This document shows, in pieces, positions 55,101 to 64,000 of a stretch of 64,000 bases of DNA. Source of the stretch: Macrostomum lignano (lineage: Eukaryota); assembly GCA_002269645.1 (NCBI GenBank), contig NIVC01002879.1, positions 1 to 64,000 of the forward strand, in the 5' to 3' direction. How positions within the stretch are numbered: position 1 is the first letter of the stretch; each line of letters opens with the position of its first letter. A model generated the notes under the pieces. The model did not search any database. It was not told where the DNA came from and was given only the letters and a program-made list of their open reading frames with translations. Both the position numbers and the translations under genes were made by a program.

Positions 55101-55535
55101 ATTCACGCTGCATGCACTCAATATTTCAGGCGAGTCGTATCTAAAGCCGGATGTTCTACAACTAATTAGCAGTCGTGCTGATTGCGATAAAGTCGCTCTT
55201 GACTGGTAAAAAAATATTTCAGATTTTTTCAACGTGATTTTTTATGCAAACAGTCTGTTTTCTCTACTGACAGTAGAGTAGTGTAGAAAATAACATGATC
55301 TTTTTGTGTCAAGCGGTGTCAAGCGGTGCTATAGTAGTTACAAACACCAGATGGAACTACCTGAATTGCCGTTTTTTATTTTAGCATGAAGTCAGCAGTA
55401 GAGCCAATCTATGCTAGACAGCAACAACAACAGCAACAGAATCGTACATCAGCTGCTTCATCTGCAACTGCGGGTTCTTCTGGACCCAGCGCTCAACGTG
55501 CCGCTAATGTTGTGCCAAAATGGTTCAAGAAATAG
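43149..55535 (+). CDS. ASPSCR1: Tether containing UBX domain for GLUT4 (TUG/ASPSCR1), about 613 aa
   Basis: Exons 43149-43229, 43444-43502, 51017-51274, 51806-52295, 53075-53390, 53840-53915, 53999-54222, 54857-54909, 54985-55042, 55130-55205 and 55385-55535 sum to 1842 nt, in frame. Motifs PVLVYTRHEVPG, EPDESFFNVTESDLRK, UBX segment YEYTVIRLFFPDRRVVQAAFRPRETVYTLYKFVREQL, YTTPPK and C-terminal VPKWFKK. Confidence 0.9.
44380..48057 (-). CDS. LINE ORF2: APE endonuclease, RT, RNase H and Zn knuckle (three apparent 1-nt frameshifts)
   Basis: QINTQH, VQEPW, GDVNAHH and SDHRFI (APE); KAPGPDG, RPISL, LDIEGAFD, PQGG and YADD (RT); YTDGS (RNase H); CPFCRSGSENAEHFIC. Confidence 0.92.
48054..49574 (-). 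CDS. LINE ORF1 (gag-like; DUF4780-like domain by resemblance)
   Basis: Open frame 48054-49769, with first ATG at 49574 (MASNRSNKP). Basic/Ala-rich N-terminus, SYADAAK motif, globular middle region. Overlaps the ORF2 start by 4 nt. Confidence 0.8.
   Translation of the reverse strand: MASNRSNKPAVDDTVPPASAGAVDSSAIPPATIGDASARPVEPTLSGASEKTPATPAAKKRSTTSGAARRRLNKARRAKEGGSQTGARGQRPAAAEASQSGAVAEEGLEPTEAPAQDREADAAGRVDSPPEESSTDPRASYADAAKRQPAVVILGKDARLSPDQLKQVRSAVDGLLWKQTLKGTPLNIHSNATRDSCLLIWPSDADSGRRLLELLPEQSWDLNLAFCREDERPRTKRHRIWVPARSVVTSADELRKGLLAVNRELPAAGLVVHDTLKRTDGTGFTAILGLSDAWMRRYPHGSFINVGLWKLRIRSYEADPPRGSEQGGRDAEAAGAEAQASAQTAKANRPARQHGRAGKAERAAEGGGDRRPARSTKRRGLYQRAAEAVRTAKISQLRREVAGTPRRTSSSREGGDVPAGPNPSGQGRLETDPPAQAAGCSRALGQSEAEDPMDGGQRAANAAYCLPANRGPFAEEEPMDTGDPDPKPVSAEEEEELLAAATSDLQ
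49802..49948 (-). ncRNA. Candidate HDV-like self-cleaving ribozyme in the LINE 5' UTR
   Basis: Manual fold: P1 GCUCAC/GUGGGU, P2 GGCGC..CGAA/UUCG..GCGCC, P3 GGG/CCC, L3 UACUCGU, P1.1 AC/GU, P4 GGCAGG...CCUGCC, J4/2 GCUGA with the catalytic C at 49817. Confidence 0.6.
51480..51745. repeat. Approximately 33-bp intronic minisatellite
   Basis: GAGAAATTCCCTTTACCCCAACCCTTGGCAACTT units. Confidence 0.9.
52362..52780. repeat. 23-bp quasi-palindromic minisatellite
   Basis: GATAGATCTGTAGCTGATCTGCA units. Confidence 0.96.
52825..53028. repeat. 31-bp minisatellite
   Basis: GTAGACAATAGCTGGTGCAGATTAACCGGAA units. Confidence 0.93.
53462..53785. repeat. 24-bp minisatellite
   Basis: CTGACACACTGATCTTGGCACTGT units. 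Confidence 0.94.
54260..54830. repeat. 28-bp minisatellite
   Basis: CAGCCTCCCAGATCCTCAGTTGCTGAAT units. Confidence 0.96.
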
Positions 55536-55844
55536 CGCGACACTCTGCTGTTAATCGCAAAAAAACTTGAATTTGGAGAAAGGAATGATTCGAAATAATC
55601 AACTTTTTAATGCTAAAACTTACTTTTGTTACTGTTGTCTCGTAAATGCTTTTGATTTTCAACCGTTCGCGTATAATTTTGATGTATTTATTTACCCAGT
55701 GAACTGCTAAGCTGCGTTTAAAATACGTAAGTTATTAAGCCTAGTAATAATATTTTTATCAGGGAAATTGTTGATAGCTTAGTACGTATAATATCTACCA
55801 CCACCTTAGGGATCAACTATCACACTTTCAGTATCAAGAATCAC

Positions 55845-56735
55845 TCTGAGTATCAACTCTACACCACCTTGAGAGTATCAACTCTACACCACCTTGAGAG
55901 TATCAACTCTACACTACCCTGAGAGTATCAACTCTACACCACCCTGAGAGTATCAACTCTACACCACCCTGAGAGTATCAACTCTACTCCACCCTGAGAG
56001 TATCAACTCTACACCACCTTGAGAGTATCAACTCTACTCCACCCTGAGAGTATCAACTCTACACCACCCTCAGAGTATCAAGTGTACACCACCCTGAGAG
56101 TATCAAGTCTACACCACCCTGAGAGTATCAAGTCTACACCACCCTGAGAGTATCAACTCTACTCCACCCTGAGAGTATCAACTCTACTCCACCCTGACAG
56201 TATCAAGTCTACACCACCCTGAGAGTATCAAGTCTACACCACCCTGAGAGTATCAAGTGTACACCACCCTGAGAGTATCAAGTCTACACCACCCTGAGAG
56301 TATCAAGTGTACACCACCCTGAGAGTATCAAGTCTACACCACCCTGAGAGTATCAAGTCTACACCACCCTGAGAGTATCAAGTCTACACCACCCTGAGAG
56401 TATCAAGTCTACACCACCCTGAGAGTATCAAGTCTACACCACCCTGAGAGTATCAAGTCTACACCACCCTGAGAGTATCAAGTGTACACCACCCTGAGAG
56501 TATCAAGTCTACACCACCCTGAGAGTATCAAGTGTACACCACCCTGAGAGTATCAAGTCTACACCACCCTGAGAGTATCAAGTCTACACCACCCTGAGAG
56601 TATCAAGTCTACACCACCCTGAGAGTATCAAGTCTACACCACCCTGAGAGTATCAAGTCTACACCACCCTGAGAGTATCAAGTCTACACCACCCTGAGAG
56701 TATCAAGTCTACACCACCCTGAACTCTACACCACT
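55845..56735. repeat. 25-bp minisatellite
   Basis: GAGAGTATCAAGTCTACACCACCCT units. Confidence 0.97.
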
Positions 56736-57479
56736 CCAGAAGCCAACTCCACATGATTCTAAGTTCTGCACTAAACAGATTCTTAACTCTATATATGCAC
56801 TTCCCTATTTAACTCCTTCCTAAAACTTACTTAACTAACTAAATAACCTTCATTCATAGCAGAGACCAAGTTCATGAGCCAATTATTTTACTTAGAACGG
56901 TTAAATTTTGTTTTAATCAAATCTTTTTTGCTTATAAATAGCTACATTATATCTGGGTTGTCACTTTAGTCAAACAGTTTAAAAAAAAATACACAGAAAA
57001 AGGTTTCATTCATCCCACTTGATAGTAAGGATAAATATTTTGTAGGCTAAATGAATTTTTTGTTGAATAAATATTTTTCTTTTGTTTGGAGCTGTTACGT
57101 ACATGTCTGTTAAGACTGACAGTCCTGCACACGATAGAAGTCAGCGCATAAGTAAGTAATTTGAATATACGAACAGTCTATTACGTTTTGGTAAAGAAAC
57201 TGACAGTTACAGAAAAGTTTTTATAACACCATAAGACAAGGAGAATGGGTTTGATAAACAAGTTGACAGAAAATAGGAGTATTATAACATGGATGTGAAT
57301 AATAAGCATTATGATAAAGCTAGGGATCTACTACGAGTGAACACATAAGTTTCGTAAATCACGCCTAGTAGAAACAGTTAGACAACAAAAAAGGTTGTGA
57401 TGGACACAGAGCTTTGTAATTCATGTCCTTATAAAGGGTGCTAAAGTGTCTGGTGCTGCTGGCACCCAGGGAGATAAGG

Positions 57480-58250
57480 CCCCTGGTGCTGAAGCCTCTG
57501 CTGCTAAAGCCTTGGTGCTAAAGCCCCTGGTGTTAAAGTCCATGGTGCTAAAGCCCCTGGTGCTAAAGTCTATGATACTAAAGTCTATGGTGCTAAAGCC
57601 CCGATGCTAAAGTCCCTTGTGCTAAAGTCCATGTTGCTGAAGCCCTTGATGCTAAAGCCCCTGGTGTTAAAGTCCATGGTGCTAAAGCCCCTGGTGCTAA
57701 AGTCTATGATACTAAAGTCTATGGTGCTAAAGCCCCGATGCTAAAGTCCCTTGTGCTAAAGTCCATGTTGCTGAAGCCCTTGATGCTAAAGCCCCTGGTG
57801 TTAAAGTCCATGGTGCTAAAGCCCCTGGTGCTAAAGTCTATGATACTAAAGTCTATGGTGCTAAAGCCCCGATGCTAAAGTCCCTTGTGCTAAAGTCCAT
57901 GTTGCTGAAGCCCTTGATGCTAAAGCCCCTGGTGTTAAAGTCCATGGTGCTAAAGTCCATGGTGCTGAAGTCCTTGATGCTAAAGTCCCTTGTGCTAAAG
58001 CCCCTGGTGCTAAAGCCCCTGGTGCTAAAGTCCATGGTGCTGAAGTCCTTGATGCTAAAGCCCCTGGTGTTAAAGTCTATGGTGCTAAAGCCCCGATGCT
58101 AAAGTCCCTTGTGCTAAAGCCCCTGGTGCTAAAGCCCCTGGTGCTAAAGTCCATGGTGCTGAAGTCCTTGATGCTAAAGCCCCTGGTGTTAAAGTCTATG
58201 GTGCTAAAGCCCCGATGCTAAAGTCCCTTGTGCTAAAGCCCCTGATGTTA
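57480..58250. repeat. 15-bp minisatellite with higher-order (about 134-bp) periodicity
   Basis: GGTGCTAAAGCCCCT variants; the block order recurs at about 57530, 57665 and 57800. Confidence 0.92.
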
Positions 58251-58470
58251 AAACTCTACTCCACCCTGAGAATATCAAGTCTACTCCACCTGAAGCCCCT
58301 GATGCTAAATCCCGCTACTGGCGCACCTGGCTCTCTAATTGCTGTGCTGAATGGCTACGCCACAGGCATATATGTTCCACATTTATTTTGTTCTTCACAT
58401 CGTATTACGTTGAAATTTTCTGTCTTGAAGGTTAGACAAATGATCAATCACCAGTTTGTCAGTCCCAGTT

Positions 58471-60381
58471 TTACAGCACTGTGTCGCAGCTGTTGCTACC
58501 ACCGCCTCTGTCCTGTGTAGTTGCTTTTCCCTTCCGTTTGTTGTTAGTTTTATTAATTTTTGTAGCTCGAACTGGCGGCTTCGGCATTACGACGTACCCC
58601 GCGGAGTCGTCCGAGTCGCCAGTATTTTGAACTTTATCCTTGCAGTTCCTGTCGGAATGTTTGTAGCCTTCGACGTCGGCGCGGTCCTCGTAGGATTGGC
58701 GATTGTTTTTCGTCAGAGCGCGACAGCAACAGCAGAAAAGCCTTTGACATTCGAAACGGAAAGCTGTTCTCAGCCGCGGCAGGAAGGTGGCGTAGATCAC
58801 CGGATTGACTACGGCGTTGATGTTCACTAAAAACAGCGTCACGTTGTAGAAAAACGACTGGTAGTTGTTCGCGATGATGTTAAACGATATCAGAACGTAG
58901 TTAGTTTGATTAGTGACGAAGCACAAAACGTAGGCTGCTCCAGCGATCATGAAGGTCTTGATGAGCACTCGAGATGCGGCCAGTTTCTTTGATTGAGCAT
59001 CCGACGGCAGGCAGAACCGGCTACGGCGTCTCAGCACTAGGATCATGCGGCCGTAGCAGAAGCACATGATCAGCAGCGGCAGGAAAAACTTCAAACTGTA
59101 GTTGATGACTCCGTAGGACAGAGCGACAGATGCAGAGATAAAGCCTGTGAGTGCGCAGCAGGTCCCGTAGCGACCTCCGCGACCGACGTCCATGAAAATC
59201 TTCCACTGATGAGCGACGCCCAGGAACCACATCAGGATACAGGCCAGTTTCACCTTCCAGAGCTGACGCCGCACCATGGGCTTCACGATGGCCAAGTAGC
59301 GTTCAATGGTGATCAGCTGGAGGTTGAACTGCGGACAAACGAGGGCGTTTTACTTTTGGCTTTCGAAGAAATTGCCTCGTGCATGCGCTGGAATTCTAAT
59401 TAGAGGGGGCTGCAGCTCTCAGGAGCGCCAACTTTTGGTGTCTTGGTGAGCGCGCCCTGTCTCTTGGTGAGCGCGTTCTGTCTCTTGGTTGGCGCCCCTG
59501 TTTATTGGTGGGCGCCCCCTGTCTCTTGGTGGGCGCCCCCTGTCTCTTGGTGGGCGCCCCCTGTCTCTTGGTGGGCGCCCCCTGTCTCTTGGTGGGCGCC
59601 CCCTGTCTCTTGGTGGGCGCCCCTGTTTATTGGTGGGCGTCCCTGTGTCTTGGTAGGCGCGCCCTGTCTCTTGGTGGGCGCCCCTGTCTCTTGTCTCTCC
59701 TGTCTCAGGGGCGGCCCCCTGTGTATTGGTAGGCGCGCCCTGTCTCTTGGTGGGCGCCCCTGTCTCTTGTCTCTCCTGTCTCAGGGGCGGCCCCCTGTGT
59801 ATTGGTGGGCGCCCCTGTCTATTGGTTGGCGGCCCCTGACTCTTGGGGGGGGGGGTGGCGTCAAATCCAAGCCCCATCAAAGAGGTGGCAAAAGTTGAGT
59901 TCCTGTCATTCGTCCAGCTTGGCTGCTTGTATCTGAAGGATTTTTAAGTAGAGTTATAGGGGGGAGGGGGGTTAAACAGTGACAACACCGATAAACTTAC
60001 GGTGCTGGCATTAATCAGCACCCACATAGCGCTCTGGGTGTACCAGATATGACAGACAATGCTGCCAATTAGGTTAGCTGGCACTCTATTCGGCAAGTAG
60101 ACAGTTGACCATTTAGCACCAGCTACACAGTTCAGTATTAAATCAATGCTGGACTGGTTGATCACCAAAATCCTGGGATTTTTACTCATGTGCATTCGAT
60201 TCAATCCTAACAGCCAAATCACTGCGGCATTTAACAGGATGCCAGCGATAGACACGATTAGGTAAATCCAGGGTGCCAAGCTGCTGAACCAGTCGCTTTG
60301 ATTAAAGGTGTCCGTGTACTCTTTCATGCACTGGATCGGCTGCAGCTCTGAGGAATTTGTCAGCCTGTCTGTGTCTGGCAT
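58471..60381 (-). CDS. Rhodopsin-class (class A) GPCR, peptide-receptor-like orphan (about 412 aa)
   Basis: Exons 60381-60001 and 59328-58471 (phase 0). Seven hydrophobic segments, GILLNAAV (TM1), SIDL (TM2), spliced NASTFNLQLITIERYLAIVKP, FFLPLLIMCFCYGRM (TM5), NPVIY (TM7) and a Cys-rich tail. Confidence 0.9.
59440..59830. repeat. 21-bp minisatellite in the GPCR intron
   Basis: CTGTCTCTTGGTGGGCGCCCC units. Confidence 0.93.
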
Positions 60382-60599
60382 GGCTTTGTTTCACTGAGCG
60401 ATACAGACTGTTCAATCTCTGGGAAGCTGAGCTACCGCCTTCATCTTTGTTGCAGACTTTTTTATGTTTTAGTGCGATCTCGTGCTCTTCTTGCGGTATC
60501 GTCTGTTGGCTTGGGATTCTAAACCAATCAGGATGGAAGGAAAGACAAATACAAATAGTGTGAGCTTGTGATTCTGTCTCGGTGCATGTTATGTGTATA

Positions 60600-61040
<441 letters not shown>

Positions 61041-61559
61041 AAACTGACTGATTGAATTTAAACCCTCAACGCAACAGAGTTAAAGCGAAATTGGCTCCAT
61101 TTGTTCATGGCCTTGTTCGATTCAATGCATCAGAAAAGACCTCTCGGTACCTCATTGTTGGTCCTCTTCAGCTTGGTAACAGAACTCTCAGAAAGTTCAA
61201 AGGACATGCTAGGTGAACTAAGGTAAAGTGTTGAACAATAAAATCCTAAGACCATGCAGCTGCGCGGATACGCAGCTTTTGAAGAAGCACCGATAGAACA
61301 AAAGCTTAAGCTGAACAAGCTCTCCGGGAGTAATTGGTGCTGCTTGTTCAGTGCGAATTTGCTGAACCTATGCACACGTGCATCGATTTCTCCTCTGCCG
61401 ATTGTTGCTTCAGAGTTAGCTGTAAGGAGAAAGGTCCTGTTGGTTGGGCTGCTGTTCTTGAAGACAACGACTATGAAACGCAAAAGTAGCTAATGAACTT
61501 AAATAATATTTACTGCGTGAACTAAAATAATATATTGCATAACAATAACCCATCACACA

Positions 61560-61853
61560 TGTTATAATGGCCAGATGTGCAGCCGACAGCTCAGCCGCAG
61601 CTATTGCGCGGCGCATCTGAAGGCTGCGTACGGCTGTTCAGTCCAAGGACTGGGGGGGGGGGGGTCGCCACACACCCCAATTACCCCAGCTAATGCTGCT
61701 GGCACCCATTCTACAGCTGGGTGAACTGAAGCAATGCAGAGTGAAGGAGTGAAGTGCCTTGCTCAAGGACACAATTGTTCCGAGTGGGTCAAGAATCGAA
61801 CCCTCGACCTTTTAGTCGCGAGTCCGACGCTTTGACCACTAAGCTGCGCACTC
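61560..61853 (-). mobile_element. tRNA-derived SINE, family A
   Basis: Reverse complement GCAGCTTAGTGGTCAAAGCG...GGTTCGATTC...TGTGTCCTTGAGCAAGGCACTT; the 3' part matches 37330-37420. Confidence 0.85.
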
Positions 61854-62759
61854 GAATTTTTTGGTCGACTACCTTCTCTCTGTCTTGAGGCCTTACCCTT
61901 TTACGTTGCTAGCATCATTTTCAATGAGCTTCTTTTATTTCAGCTTCAACAATGCGACATTGTTTGCCTTTGAAAACCGATCTGTGGATTGAAGGTTGCT
62001 AGCTTAAATGTGGCCAAAGAAATTTTTTCAGAGATTCGATTGCTTGCTGAGAAATGGAACATTTGACGATTTAAATACCGTATCAGTTATCAATCAAGCC
62101 TTATTTCATGGATAGAATGTGATATATCTTCCTCGATATTAAATGGAAAATGGAAAATGATCAAACCCTCTAAATTTAATTAGCCACCAATTTAAAATTT
62201 GCTTCTCAACGATGCATATAGTTTTTACTAGGGTATATCGACTGCGGGGACCGCAGGTTTTTTATACACTCGTAACCTTAGATGGGCTACTCAGAGCGAG
62301 AACGCCGAGGTTAAGACCATAGACTATAGCTTCAGCTGCTCTCAAGCATTAGCAGCCGCAGCTGGTGTCTGTGGCCCAAACCCCAGGGGTTTGCGGAACC
62401 TCGGAGACAGCCACCAAATAGCTCTAGGTAATATGGCTTTTTCCAGCCCATTTGGGCCTATACGCGCATGGAATTTAACCATAACTAGCGATCTGGAGTG
62501 GAAACGAGTTTTACCTCATGAGGCCACGCAAATTGATAAGATAAGGAGCCAGCACGGAATGTCTATGGCTCTGTCTGACTCTGTCTATGATAGTCTGGCC
62601 TAATGAGGTAAAAGTGAAAAAACTCATTGCCACTCCAGTTTGCTAATTATAGAACTCCTTGATTTAATCCAAGATGCGGTTGCCAATGTAATGGAGCTTT
62701 TGTCTATGGTAGCAAGGCTGGCACTGCGGCATTTAATTTGGTCCAAACGCTCGTGAGCC

Positions 62760-63140
62760 ATTCAGCCAACTCTTGCCTTCTCGCCTCTGCGGGCTGTTGC
62801 ATACAGTTGGAATGTCAGCGTCTCTACCAACAATTTTTAGTCGCTTTTCTAGAGCTCTACTGATAGTCGAAATTTGATAACCAACTGGAACTGTTCCTTC
62901 AGCTTCTGCTGCATTGTTGGCAATGTCAACAAAGGGTTTCTCAATTGCATCAAGTAGCAGTTGGACCGGAGGCTCTCGCAACTTGCCTTGGCGATTGCCA
63001 CCCTTTCGCAGGCGATCTCTGCCGCCAGTGGTTTCAACGCGCTGATGAATGCTGTAAAGCATCTTCTCTTTTACATTCAGCAACTTTGCAATGTCCTTTG
63101 GGTGTTCACCTCTGTTCAGTGCTTCGATCACAAGCCAATG
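62760..63140 (-). pseudogene. IS630/Tc1-like transposase N-terminal HTH remnant
   Basis: VIEALNRGEHPKDIAKLLNVKEKMLYSIHQRVETTG...ISTISRALEKRLK is a paired HTH arrangement; no DDE domain follows. Confidence 0.55.
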
Positions 63141-63276
63141 GCATTCGTTCGACTGCCCAGCACATGGTCCACAATTGTGGGGCAGATCTTGCTCCACCGC
63201 AGCAGCTGCAAATGAAGCTATGGACCAAACTGATGCTTGTTGGACCAACTTACATGCCGCTGTGCCAGCCTTGCTA

Positions 63277-63494
63277 CCATAGACAAAAGCTCCGTTACAT
63301 TACGTTTCTTGGACTAAATTCTATGCGCGTAGCCCAAATGGACTGCAAAATGCTATATTATAATAGAATATGTGGCTGGGACAACCCAGTCATAATCATG
63401 GTACAGAATTTACGCGGAATGCCAAATCGAGCGATTAATTTCCATGAAGCCGAATTAAAATTCTTGTGCACTACTCTTGTTGTGAAGTCTATGG
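63277..63494. mobile_element. CCATAGAC/GTCTATGG-bounded non-autonomous element
   Basis: Inverted 8-bp termini at 63277 and 63487; no TSD seen. Confidence 0.55.
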
Positions 63495-63709
63495 CCAGTA
63501 GTATAAATTAGCGAAGAATAATTTAGCAAAGTCTCGCAGGCAGTCAGAGATCCTACTTGGAGGACCAAATGTAAAATTTTATCGTTTTTTCGTATTTTAT
63601 CATCTGAACAAACCAAACACTCTGAAGAACTCCAGTTAAGCAGAATTCATTCGCATCATCAACAAACAACAGCTAAGCAGAATTCATTCGCATCACAGTT
63701 AAACTACAG

Positions 63710-64000
63710 TTAAACAGCATTTAATCGCATCAGCTTCTTCCTCTCTTCAGCTCTCTTTATTCCTGTCGTACGCCCCCGCTTTCTCAGCTGAGCGAGCGTC
63801 CTCTGGCTGTTGCACCAGTGATGCAGGCGAAGTCTGGCAAACAACTTGGCCATTGCCTTAGCACAGCGTTCGCCGTGATCCGAGCTGTGCGTCTGAATAT
63901 TTGCAAGAACAATGGGAAAGAACTTTTCCTGAAGCCGTTTGCTCACGTCCTTCAGAACGAACAGCTCTTTGTCCGTTGTCGTGAAGGTGCGCTCCATCTG
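63710..64000 (-). pseudogene. Probable P-element/THAP9-like transposase C-terminus (cut by the window edge)
   Basis: HGERCAKAMAKLFARLRLHHWC resembles the C-terminal H...IRLHH motif of P-family transposases, followed by a basic tail. Confidence 0.45.

Noticed and set aside
58471-60381. GPCR as the cognate receptor of the neuropeptide pair
   Set aside because: It is class A and 40 kb away. PTH/CRH-type peptides use class B receptors, and linkage alone is not evidence.

Overview
Eukaryotic, intron-rich invertebrate genomic DNA. The GC-rich, poly-Ala exons and minisatellite-filled introns suggest a free-living flatworm such as Macrostomum; that is an inference only. I assembled seven spliced genes by hand, with consistent intron phases: two paralogous three-exon amidated neuropeptide precursors (1888-5795 and 13469-17598, +), a divergent Chk1 kinase (-), protein phosphatase 5 (-), OTUD3 (-), ASPSCR1/TUG (+) and a class A GPCR (-). 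Mobile DNA includes a full-length LOA/R1-group LINE with a 14-bp TSD and a candidate HDV-like ribozyme in its 5' UTR, an internally deleted Crypton, a CpG-decayed mariner, Tc1-like and P-like transposase remnants, two tRNA-SINE families and several foldback MITEs. One MITE carries a 64-nt copy of the 28S rRNA R2/I-PpoI target region with the cleavage core altered. A strongly CpG-depleted domain spans about 38.0-44.2 kb and 50.1-51.7 kb. All comparisons to known proteins and RNAs are from memory, not from searches.
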